In this document: in pieces, positions 11,401 through 17,910 of the stretch
Position numbering within the stretch: the stretch's first letter is position 1
Layout: the number at the start of each line of letters is the position of its first letter
Source of the DNA: Bacteroidota bacterium
GTDB lineage: Bacteria; Bacteroidota; Bacteroidia; AKYH767-A; 2013-40CM-41-45
Assembly: GCA_016721305.1 (NCBI GenBank)
Contig: JADKIH010000016.1
Span: 11,037-75,036, forward strand
DNA: 64,000 nt
Reading direction: 5' to 3'
Program-made: the position numbers and the translations under genes
Notes under the pieces: generated by a model
Told to the model about the DNA's origin: nothing
The model's database searches: none
What the model saw: the letters and a program-made list of their open reading frames with translations, nothing else

Positions 11401-11571
11401 GAGAATTGTCAGGCAGGGGATGAATTAGTGCTTCAAAATTCATTGGGTACAATCTTAAAAGTGATAAAGGTTGAATCTTCTAAATATGAATTAAATATTG
11501 AAGAGCTTAATCCTGGTCCATATTTTATTTTGGTAAATAGAAATGTTTTTTTTAAATTTATTAAAATTTAA
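5416..11571 (+). CDS. Giant T9SS-secreted surface protein: N-terminal beta-helix-like repeats, six SprB-type repeats, a pectate-lyase-3/tailspike-like beta-helix and a T9SS C-terminal sorting domain
   Basis: The ATG at 5416 gives the signal peptide MKTSAFRIFLVCILICISELCFSG. Six modules of about 75 aa follow the pattern C..(S/D)GS..(V)...GG..PY.Y.WS......L..G.Y...(V).D.NGC (about 7.9-9.25 kb). NIVTDFGADGTDNISDECEFEEAV (about 9.37 kb) resembles the start of Pectate_lyase_3-type beta-helices. The C-terminus IYPNPSHTIIIIE...LNPGPYFILV resembles a type-A T9SS sorting domain. Confidence 0.85.
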   Translation: MKTSAFRIFLVCILICISELCFSGNSNFTWTGNTSTSWNVTTNWSPNGVPSTNDSVTIVTGSNTVLLANDVTVKRFTMTSGTLNLNGKTLSVSTLATFTAGTINNGHLTSSGATTITFGGTTFGAVVNITASTIYLNGSVFNDTLSINKSGNSNDNSKGGNTFNKYVSITNSARGALVMADSFPDIFDKILKVSNTNEGTVYLAHRAQNNRFNDNVLFYGKNIYSNYYGTAAYYGNIILNCPAGGVFFGYSTGSASIADTKKIGLGDSSFASGSLYLRNFIKLGTEPILEISLSGTAKLYLEQGTVFNSSVSFSAPSVYLEGSRFNAIATITNTGSATVTSTGGSYFADSASIKNNSSSSNTFTLGSSSPDTFAISAYLYNIKGTFNVNNAVFSGKAYLKNAETATSDDRFMIASTGNVLFKGNISIENSGSGICFGKTGGTSTLQTGKTLSFVSGLTGNVTLKYFTEQGTTAHSFTLPSATTKLTLGPGTSFGGNLSFYGQQISLNGTTFNGNATISRYGNIPDTCLGGNVYNGITTIQDSSSSTYGCLLSYSATDDYNGDVTFIHKGSGAMLKPCYNKNSTFAGNITINANVAIQFGTNGGTMVLDGANNQSFNNSTSNPITVKKLQINKSANSATLSCPVTVSDSLIMTKGWINTDTTNVLMLSNGSKLVGGSDSSYVNGPLKKTGNSAFVFPLGSASLSHPYHPLEITAPSSSTDAYTAIYYPNGQTMGSISDTSVDNLSECQFWSLNRVNGTAKVKVKLSWNHDSCEVLSPVNMRIVAWNDSMWKDAGNSAYSGDSISGNATSVDSATTKIYFTLAIKKCLAIRNSITQINIHCQGSSDGSAIAIVTHGTPGYSYLWSDNKGASISAINLHSGLYMINISDKKGCIIEDSITISEPDSIIISAAVTPSACADSTGVIDISSLGGTGSHHYIWSGIIDTTYSNRLENIPAGKYIITVIDSNGCSASQNVYVPDSDGPGINIISQANPICFGVDSGSVEIEGADGKDPFIYKWADSELDSLPIRTMLRSGIYPVEVINNSGCISYDTIEIAAPDSFYVSLAVTGTPCGSSSGEIVAVPHGGQSPLYYLWSSSADTDSIISSLPAGIDTLFLSDVNGCQIMSVGEVLSTSGFSAAGEVLSNAKCVPDSGGVAHITVTGGTSPYTYSWVPTVSDSATAVNMLPGEYVVTIRDQNGCSIKDSIIISGPEILKSYIQIFPPSASSLTDGFAYGYVEGGVAPYTYQWSNGSTLDSTANLGIGTDSLIVTDKNGCQSKSIAKIIQPTQPCKECDYWGGPTTYCGPFSNVNCSPCTTVVQKNIVTDFGADGTDNISDECEFEEAVDYFKQLPDATPKVLVIPSGTFIIGRQGTTAGWYQAGHSVLCFDGIKNMTISGKITGSSLPKLQFENCMKYGVFDYPSNPNNRLLTDPNVVHVTGSVTSGSTTLTVSSGSTSSLGYSISGPAIPQGTTITNISGSIITLSQPATYTPSTSQDYAIYCGVYGVDYQKWASPGIMINFTHSNNIKIENLELDGNLDNAIIGGGTDDGIQIIYDGIFINATNNVTINNVNVHHFGRDGLVVYYDYCPSNTTNMIKIPPLMNCNINNSLFTYNGRNGMTWGGGKGLTANNCEFSWSGQGRLASQPSAGIDIELEQGTIGIYDGLFTNCRFLYNKYYGVTCNAQNLTDPSKSWDLFAQRFEFRTCTFVGAEIGYCVWPNSRGFKFSNNCNFYGEVAKAFNSVLTHPNLLNTDNVRFSDCYFHEDYTDPVLGTYSFSLTGDNIALLYDPMNPGQFGPCNVDPCNNTCPGHHFLIDFSLATRVYFTNCDIRTHYMSKTIDIGASAIANSYSLNIMQNTRFISTGLNGMYCDGGLKQPLSSFNFTDFRPGCQLWSPIGLTNYGADWWCYCNATDDDRYQDAVNPTCINVTNVYPRLTNTVDPNIYSKFTDPAYPNAVTTLRWSPCQSVSAPTCSIPRKARPVEMQKQSEVLIYPNPSHTIIIIENCQAGDELVLQNSLGTILKVIKVESSKYELNIEELNPGPYFILVNRNVFFKFIKI

Positions 11572-11575
11572 TTTG

Positions 11576-13177
11576 ATGAGAATAATTGCAATTGGATTTT
11601 GTATGGTGTTGAATATGTCAATTCAGGGGCAAAGTATTCAATGGGAAAAATCTATTGGAGGAAGTGACGATGACAGAGCATATTCTATTGCTAAGACTGA
11701 TTCCGGTTGTTTTATAATTTGTGGAAGAACATATTCAAACGATGGAGATATTCCAGGACAAATTGGGCTTTCTACTAGCCAAAATGTTGTCGTTTCAAAA
11801 ATAGATACAGGGGGAAATATTAAGTGGGTTCGCATTTATGGAGGAACTCAACATGAGGAAGCACACAAGATTATTCATACTTATGATGGCGGTTATGCTT
11901 TTTGCGGTAAAACCTCATCAACGGATTTTGATGTTATACCCGGAATTCATGGTGGACAATGGAATTTTTTTAATGATGCTTGGTTTGTTAAATTAAATAG
12001 TAACGGTGATATTGAATGGCAAAGTTGTTTTGGAGGAACCGGAGAAGATTTCGCTAATGACCTTATTCAACTTCCTGATAGTGGATACCTTTTTGTAGGG
12101 GAAACAGAATCTGGTGATGGAGACATCTCGAATAATCATGGAAATTCCGATATGTTCGTTTGCCGTCTTGACGAGTATGGCAACAAACTGTGGTCAAAGA
12201 CATACGGTGGGACTTCATCTGAAGGAGGAGATTGTTGTAGTCTAACGACCAGTGGTAAAATTTTAATTGGAACAAATACACTATCTAATGATGATGATGT
12301 TCATGGAAATCATGGCACAAATAATAGTGATTCGTGGGTTATAGAATTGACTCTAGCCGGAGATACTGTTTGGACAAAATGTTATGGTGGAAGCGGAGTT
12401 GAGGGTGTATTTAAAATCATTCCAATGCCGAACGGTGATTTTTTTCAGGTTGGATCAGCAGCATCCATTGATAATGATCTAACAGGTATTGTTAATTATG
12501 GTGCAAGTTATATTTGGGTATTAAGATGCGATAGTATTGGGAATATTATCTGGCAATCCAGGTATGGGGGAAATAATTACGATGATCCTCGTGATGCTTT
12601 CATTACTTCTGATAGCGAATTATGTATTTTAGGGATATCTTCAAGTACAAATGGATTGGTGACTAATCATCATATTTTTGGAACTGGTTTTGACGACTAC
12701 TGGTTGTTCAAACTTCATCTGAATGGTCCGTTTGATTGGGGGATCTGTTTAGGTGGTTCAAATGATGACAAAGGTTGTTCGGTATATGAAGGGGACAATG
12801 GCAATTATTACACTGTCGGTTTTAGTAATTCAATCGATTATGATGTAAGCAACAATCATGGCAATAATGACATTTGGATTGTTGATGTAATCCAAAACAC
12901 AAATTCGATTTTACCAATAAATTCATCTGCATATCAAATTGCTCTTACCTCGAAAAAAGACAATCTGGTAATATCTTATTCAGGATTAGAACCTGGATTT
13001 TATTCAATGAGAATTTCTTCTTTAATTGGTAATGTCATTATTGAAGATAAGTTCGATTTTCAATCAGAAGGATGGCAAGAAATTCCATTGCCAGAATTAT
13101 CAAATGGAGTTTATTTTTTAAGCTTAAGCAATTCAAATTGTCAAATTCGCAAAAATTTTTTTAATGAAAGATATTGA
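11576..13177 (+). CDS. Repeat (beta-propeller-like) protein with a T9SS C-terminal sorting domain
   Basis: Signal peptide MRIIAIGFCMVLNMSIQGQ. About 8 repeats of roughly 50 aa follow the pattern W.K..GG...D.A.SI..T.DGG....G.T.S.DGD....HG..D.W..KL. The CTD-like tail reads GFYSMRISSLIGNV...NGVYFLSLSN. It starts 4 nt after the giant gene stops. Confidence 0.75.
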   Translation: MRIIAIGFCMVLNMSIQGQSIQWEKSIGGSDDDRAYSIAKTDSGCFIICGRTYSNDGDIPGQIGLSTSQNVVVSKIDTGGNIKWVRIYGGTQHEEAHKIIHTYDGGYAFCGKTSSTDFDVIPGIHGGQWNFFNDAWFVKLNSNGDIEWQSCFGGTGEDFANDLIQLPDSGYLFVGETESGDGDISNNHGNSDMFVCRLDEYGNKLWSKTYGGTSSEGGDCCSLTTSGKILIGTNTLSNDDDVHGNHGTNNSDSWVIELTLAGDTVWTKCYGGSGVEGVFKIIPMPNGDFFQVGSAASIDNDLTGIVNYGASYIWVLRCDSIGNIIWQSRYGGNNYDDPRDAFITSDSELCILGISSSTNGLVTNHHIFGTGFDDYWLFKLHLNGPFDWGICLGGSNDDKGCSVYEGDNGNYYTVGFSNSIDYDVSNNHGNNDIWIVDVIQNTNSILPINSSAYQIALTSKKDNLVISYSGLEPGFYSMRISSLIGNVIIEDKFDFQSEGWQEIPLPELSNGVYFLSLSNSNCQIRKNFFNERY

Positions 13178-13370
13178 TTGGAAAAGTAAATCATAGGTCG
13201 CAAAATATAGCGATCTTTAATTATATTCTGATTTTAGTGTTTTTAATTTCTGGGCATAAGTAAACGTCCTGTGAAGTACATCTTGCCATTCTGCTTTTCA
13301 TAACATTCCTTTGTCAGCTCCCCTATAATTCGGCCACTTAAAAATAGAGAAAATAATAATTTGCCAAAAG

Positions 13371-13529
13371 TTACTTCTTTGCCTTCATCCGTCCGCTATC
13401 TAAAAGAGCTTTTTGCAAAAGATATTCAATCTGCCCATTAACCGACCGAAAGTCATCGGCAGCCCACTTCTCGAGGGCTTTGATGACTTCGGGGTTGATT
13501 CTTAAAACAAATGCTTTTTTTTCTGACAT
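13371..13529 (-). CDS. Small ribbon-helix-helix (Arc-like) protein
   Basis: 52-aa ORF not in the track: MSEKKAFVLRINPEVIKALEKWAADDFRSVNGQIEYLLQKALLDSGRMKAKK. A beta-strand plus two helices is the RHH pattern. It lies 26 nt downstream of the SPFH gene on the same strand. Confidence 0.55.
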   Translation of the reverse strand: MSEKKAFVLRINPEVIKALEKWAADDFRSVNGQIEYLLQKALLDSGRMKAKK

Positions 13530-13555
13530 GTGGGGCAGTTTACATTTGTTGGTTA

Positions 13556-14410
13556 TTAGTTGTAAAGTGTTCCGGTGTTCACGACAGGACTCACATTTTT
13601 ATCGCCGCATAATACGACGAGGAGATTGCTTACCATCGCTGCTTTGCGTTCTTCGTCGAGAGTGACGATGTTCTTTTGTGAGAGTTTGTTTAATGCCATT
13701 TCAACCATTCCAACAGCGCCTTCTACGATTTGCTGACGAGCCGCTACAACAGCTGTTGCCTGTTGACGTTGTAACATGGCGTGCGCAATTTCCGGTGCAT
13801 ATGCAAGGTGGCTGATTCGCGCTTCGAGAACGTGGATGCCGGCTTTGGCCAGACGTTCGTTCAATTCTTCGACGAGCATTTCGTGTACGCGCTCGGTGTT
13901 GCCACGGAGAGTGACTGTTGCTTCGTTGTCTTCGAGATTGTCGTACGGACAATGGCCGGCAAGATGACGAACAGCGGCTTCGCTTTGAATGTTTACGTAC
14001 ATGGTGTAGTCGTTCACTTCGAAGAGTGCTTTCGCTGTTTCTTGTACCTGCCAAACGATGACGGCAGCGATCTCGATGGGATTTCCCATTTTGTCGTTTA
14101 CCTTCAGCGACTGTCCGTTTAGATTTCGGGCGCGTAAGGAAACGTTTCGTTTAATCATGAGCGGATTAACCCAGAAGAATCCGTTGTCTTTTACTGTTCC
14201 GGCATAGGATCCGAAGAGCACAAGAACATTTGATTCATTCGGATTGATAATCATAAACCCCGGAAGAATTATGATGGCGAGAACTAAACATGGCACTAGT
14301 CCGATAGCCATGTGTTGTGAGCCGAAGAAGCCGGCGCCGGCGATTGTGGCCAGCAACAAAAAGAGCATTGTAAAACCTGAACTTGGTTTGTAAATTTTTT
14401 CAGTGATCAT
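13556..14410 (-). CDS. SPFH/band-7 (stomatin/prohibitin-like) membrane protein
   Basis: Two N-terminal TM segments, then an SPFH-like core ([33 protein letters not shown]...) and a coiled C-terminal region. 284 aa. Confidence 0.85.
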   Translation of the reverse strand: MITEKIYKPSSGFTMLFLLLATIAGAGFFGSQHMAIGLVPCLVLAIIILPGFMIINPNESNVLVLFGSYAGTVKDNGFFWVNPLMIKRNVSLRARNLNGQSLKVNDKMGNPIEIAAVIVWQVQETAKALFEVNDYTMYVNIQSEAAVRHLAGHCPYDNLEDNEATVTLRGNTERVHEMLVEELNERLAKAGIHVLEARISHLAYAPEIAHAMLQRQQATAVVAARQQIVEGAVGMVEMALNKLSQKNIVTLDEERKAAMVSNLLVVLCGDKNVSPVVNTGTLYN

Positions 14411-14548
14411 TGGTGAGTGATATTAAAATGATATCACAAAGGTATCACACAATTTTTAGTTTTGTCAAGCTTTTCGAGAAATATTTTTTTTTCGCCGCCG
14501 CAGCTTTTGGTGACCTTGCGCACATTAAAATTCCACTAGATTTTGTTT

Positions 14549-14690
14549 CCCGCAGATTACGCAGACAAAAATTCCCGCAGATTTCGCAGAAATGTGCAGA
14601 AATTTGCAGAAAAACTACATACTTTAGATTGAATCTTCAATAACCACTATTCAATCTTCAATGGTGCCCCGGATCAATCTTCAGTAACCC
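14549..14690. repeat. Short direct-repeat cluster: six GCAGA cores, then three (T)CAATCTTCA(A/G)T copies
   Basis: GCAGA at 14552, 14561, 14577, 14586, 14596 and 14606. AATCTTCA at 14632, 14653 and 14676, spaced 21-23 nt. It lies in the divergent spacer between the SPFH gene and queG. Confidence 0.7.
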
Positions 14691-14798
14691 TCTTCTGAAT
14701 GGTCTTCTTGAGCGCTTCGTGGACTTAGGGGCGAAAAAATAAAGTAAAGTGATCTCTAAATTGTATTTTCGTCTAATAATATTCATAGAATTTTCCAG

Positions 14799-15737
14799 AT
14801 GTTTGACGCAAAAGTCCATCACAAAGCTTTAATTATTGCAGAGGCTAAACGTCTGGGATTTGAATTCTGCGGGGTTTCAAAGGCGGAGTTTTTGGCGGAA
14901 GAAGCGCCGCGGTTGGAGAAGTGGTTGAAGGAAGGGCGACATGGAAAAATGGCATACATGGAAAATCATTTCGACAAGAGATTGGATCCGCGGGTTTTGG
15001 TGCCGGGCGCGAAGTCGGTGATTTCTTTGTTGTATAATTATTATACTGACGAAAAACAGGTGCACGATGATGCTCCGAGAATCAGCAAGTATGCTTACGG
15101 GAGCGATTATCATTTTGTGATCAAAGAAAAATTGCGCGAATTGATGTCGGTGATCGAGGAGAAAATCGGCAGAGTAGAAGGTAGAGTGTTTGTCGATTCG
15201 GCGCCGGTGTTGGATCGTGCCTGGGCAAAGAAGAGCGGAATGGGGTGGATCGGAAAGAATAGCAATTTGATCACTCGCTCTCAGGGATCATTCTTTTTTA
15301 TCGCAGAGATTATTTGTGATCTCGAGTTGGAAGCCGATGGTCCGATGGAGGATTTTTGCGGAACATGTAATAAGTGTATCGAAGCATGCCCGACAGAAGC
15401 CATCATCAAACCTTACGTTGTCGACGGGAGCAAATGCATTTCCTATTTTACTATTGAATTAAAAGACGAGCTTCCCGTTTCGTTTCAGAACAAAATGGAC
15501 AATTGGGTTTTCGGATGCGACGTTTGCCAGGATGTTTGTCCGTGGAATCGTTTTTCAAAACCGCATCACGATAAAGACTTGAGTGGGAATAAAGAAATGC
15601 TCGGCCTTGCCAGAGAAGAATGGCAAGAGATGACTCATGAAGTATTTAAAAATCTTTTCAGCAGTTCAGCAGTAATGCGAACAGGTTATAAAGGCTTGAA
15701 AAGAAATTTGGATTTTATCAGGAAGAAAACTTCTTGA
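14799..15737 (+). CDS. queG: tRNA epoxyqueuosine(34) reductase
   Basis: Two 4Fe-4S ferredoxin motifs ([13 protein letters not shown] and [11 protein letters not shown]), a cobalamin-domain-like N-terminal region and a typical length of 312 aa. Confidence 0.9.
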   Translation: MFDAKVHHKALIIAEAKRLGFEFCGVSKAEFLAEEAPRLEKWLKEGRHGKMAYMENHFDKRLDPRVLVPGAKSVISLLYNYYTDEKQVHDDAPRISKYAYGSDYHFVIKEKLRELMSVIEEKIGRVEGRVFVDSAPVLDRAWAKKSGMGWIGKNSNLITRSQGSFFFIAEIICDLELEADGPMEDFCGTCNKCIEACPTEAIIKPYVVDGSKCISYFTIELKDELPVSFQNKMDNWVFGCDVCQDVCPWNRFSKPHHDKDLSGNKEMLGLAREEWQEMTHEVFKNLFSSSAVMRTGYKGLKRNLDFIRKKTS

Positions 15738-15906
15738 ATGATTCGAAGATTACATCGCTGTAAGCAGCAAATGTAGCAACGCACCATATCTTTAATAATC
15801 TTCTTTCGTCTCGTTGTAGGATCCGTAATGCCTTAATTAATTCTTTACGGAAAAGGTTTCGGTCAAAACTTACCTTCGTCAAAATCTGCTTTGTGTACTC
15901 GAACAT
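15718..15906 (-). CDS. Hypothetical small protein (62 aa)
   Basis: The ORF has a plausible helical, charged composition and converges on queG with a 20-nt overlap. I recognise no motif. Confidence 0.3.
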   Translation of the reverse strand: MFEYTKQILTKVSFDRNLFRKELIKALRILQRDERRLLKIWCVATFAAYSDVIFESFKKFSS

Positions 15907-16087
15907 GGTATTCGGATTAGTTTTGGTTACCCTAAAGTATTGGTTTTTTCACCCTTTGTCAAGCTTTTTTCGGTGTTTGCCTTGCAAAGATTTCAATCTG
16001 CTAAAAATCAGATTGATTAGTTTTAACGGCCAAACTTGCCGATAATTTGTATGAAAACGTTAAAATTGGTCGCCCCAACAAAAGTTT

Positions 16088-16657
16088 TCAACCATTATCA
16101 TTCCATCGGTAGGTATCTTGTTCGATGCCGGCAAGATCTAAAACGCGGTCGATTACGGTAGAGGCCAGGCTCTCGAAATCGGCAGGCTTGGAATAGAACG
16201 ACGGAGAGGCCGGACAAATAATTCCGCCGGCTTCTGTCACTGTTTTCATATTGTTAATGTGTATGAGGCTGTATGGCGTGTCGCGCAGCACCATGATGAG
16301 CTTTCCTCTTTCTTTGAGCATCACATCGGCAGCGCGTGTAATCAAATCATTTGAGATTCCTCCGGCAATACGCGCCATGGTTCCCATACTGCAAGGACAA
16401 ATGATCATTGTACGATAACGAGCCGAGCCACTCGCAAAGGGAGCGAAGAAGTCGTTGCTAGCGTAAGTCTTAAAAGGAATTTTCTCGTAATCCGTATTGC
16501 CCAATTCGTACTTCCAGACATCTTTCGCATTCGAAGAAAACACGACGCCTACGTCGGCAATCTGCGAGGAGTATTTCTGCAGCTTGTCGAAGAGAACCTT
16601 GGCATAGATGGCGCCGGAGGCTCCGGTGATGGCTAGTACGATCTTTTGTTTGGACAT
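16088..16657 (-). CDS. ubiX: Flavin prenyltransferase UbiX
   Basis: ITGASGAIYA flavoprotein N-terminus, PCSMGT...IA.G and LKERR-like (LKERGKL) motifs. 189 aa. Confidence 0.9.
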   Translation of the reverse strand: MSKQKIVLAITGASGAIYAKVLFDKLQKYSSQIADVGVVFSSNAKDVWKYELGNTDYEKIPFKTYASNDFFAPFASGSARYRTMIICPCSMGTMARIAGGISNDLITRAADVMLKERGKLIMVLRDTPYSLIHINNMKTVTEAGGIICPASPSFYSKPADFESLASTVIDRVLDLAGIEQDTYRWNDNG

Positions 16658-16662
16658 TTTTT

Positions 16663-16939
16663 GGTAAGTAGTAAGTGGTAAGTAGTAAGTTGACTGTTGG
16701 TGAATTGGCTGATTAGCTGATTAGCTGATAGCTGATTAGCTGATTAGCTGATTAGGTGGGCAGGGTGGAAGCTACTTGTTTCATGGGGAAGTTTTCATGC
16801 TGCTTAACTAACAATTGAATGTAAAATTAGTTAATTAACGTGATCTATTTTGATCATGCTTTGTGATGAACGAACCAAAATGAATGTTTACAGCCCCTTA
16901 ACAGTAAGTCAACTTACTACTTACTACTTACTACTTACC
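16663..16939. repeat. MITE-like or structured intergenic element: 32-nt terminal inverted repeats made of GTAAGTR heptamers, enclosing six CTGATTAG octamers
   Basis: The left arm at 16663-16694 is ggtaagtagtaagtggtaagtagtaagttgac. The reverse complement of the right arm at 16908-16939 is ggtaagtagtaagtagtaagtagtaagttgac, a 31/32 match. The octamer array lies at 16709-16755. Confidence 0.75.
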
Positions 16940-17311
16940 AGTCCGAGTACGAACATTGTAAATCCACAACCCAATAAAAGCACCCAAGGCATTCGCCAGT
17001 GCATCGCGGACATCGGCGGAGCGGCTGATGAAAACGGTGCCCTGGAGGACTTCTACCAGTCCGCCGTAGAGAATGCTGATGAGGACGGCCATGAAGCGGG
17101 GATTTTCGTGAAAATAGGCGATGGTTTCTTGCTTTTTGAAGCCGAAAATGAATAAATAGGCCTGAACGCCAAAAAGGATTAGGTGTACGATCTTATCGGG
17201 CCGGAGCCAGTCGAGAAAAGAGAGTTTGGGGAGATCGGTCCCCGGAATTCCGCATAGGATTAGGATGAGCAAAGCCCATCCCAATGCATAGCGGTTATGT
17301 CTGAAAAACAT
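16931..17311 (-). CDS. VanZ-like membrane protein
   Basis: 126 aa with four hydrophobic segments and a D..HL..F motif (PDKIVHLILFG) typical of the VanZ family. The stop codon lies inside the right inverted repeat. Confidence 0.65.
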   Translation of the reverse strand: MFFRHNRYALGWALLILILCGIPGTDLPKLSFLDWLRPDKIVHLILFGVQAYLFIFGFKKQETIAYFHENPRFMAVLISILYGGLVEVLQGTVFISRSADVRDALANALGAFIGLWIYNVRTRTGK

Positions 17312-17320
17312 CTTTAATTC

Positions 17321-17707
17321 TTAAGCGTCGACGCCTACCAGTTTACGGTAGTCGGCTGCCGACATCAGGCTGTTTACTTCAGCTGCGTTGCTCATTTCTA
17401 CGCGAATCATCCATCCGTCGCCGTATGGATCTTTATTCACAGATTCCGGGTTTGTAGTCAGCTTTGGATTTACCTCGAGAACTTTACCCGAAACAGGCAT
17501 GAAAAGATCAGATACGGTCTTTACAGCTTCTACTGTTCCGAATGTTGCTTCGTGGTCGAGGCTGTCGCCTTCAGTTTCGATTTCTACATACACGATATCA
17601 CCTAATTCGCTTTGTGCGAAATCTGTAATTCCGATAATAGCAACATTGCCTTCTGTGCGGACCCACTCGTGGTCTTTCGTGTACTTGAGATTGTCTGGGA
17701 AGTTCAT
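17321..17707 (-). CDS. gcvH: Glycine cleavage system H protein
   Basis: Lipoyl-lysine motif [11 protein letters not shown]-terminal YTKDHEWV and a length of 128 aa. Confidence 0.95.
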   Translation of the reverse strand: MNFPDNLKYTKDHEWVRTEGNVAIIGITDFAQSELGDIVYVEIETEGDSLDHEATFGTVEAVKTVSDLFMPVSGKVLEVNPKLTTNPESVNKDPYGDGWMIRVEMSNAAEVNSLMSAADYRKLVGVDA

Positions 17708-17831
17708 TGAAATTAATTTTCACAAACGTAGGAATTTTTTTAAACCCTACGGCCTGTGGGGAGGAGTTTTTCGGCCTTAATATTTAGTCTTTTTCTTCCG
17801 AAGCCATGCATAGGAAGGGGTGTAAAAACTT

Positions 17832-17872
17832 CAGCCTTTAGTCGGCATCTTGGGGATGTCGGCTAAAGGCTG
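17832..17872 (-). terminator. Rho-independent terminator candidate downstream of sprA
   Basis: An 18-bp stem including two G-U pairs (cagcctttagtcggcatc / gatgtcggctaaaggctg) with a 5-nt loop. On the minus strand it is followed by aagttttta. Confidence 0.55.
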
Positions 17873-17910
17873 ATATTTAGGAGATAGAGACTAAATTAAA
17901 TTGCCCCGGT

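Noticed and set aside
13701-14122. Three overlapping ORFs (13701-14054 minus; 13776-13967 and 13781-14122 plus) inside the SPFH gene
   Set aside because: These are alternative or antisense frames of a gene with a clear SPFH domain. They have arginine/serine-rich low-complexity translations.
14410-14643. 77-aa plus-strand ORF between the SPFH gene and queG
   Set aside because: It is generated by the GCAGA direct repeats (…RRLRRQKFPQISQKCAEICRK…). It is a low-complexity repeat artefact.
16709-16755. Tandem CTGATTAG array considered as a possible CRISPR or minisatellite locus
   Set aside because: The units are 8 nt and contiguous with no spacers, so this is not a CRISPR. I report it as part of the repeat family instead.
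16850-17155. 101-aa plus-strand ORF overlapping the MITE-like element and the VanZ-like gene
   Set aside because: It starts inside the repeat element and runs antisense to the VanZ-like membrane protein. It has no supporting features.
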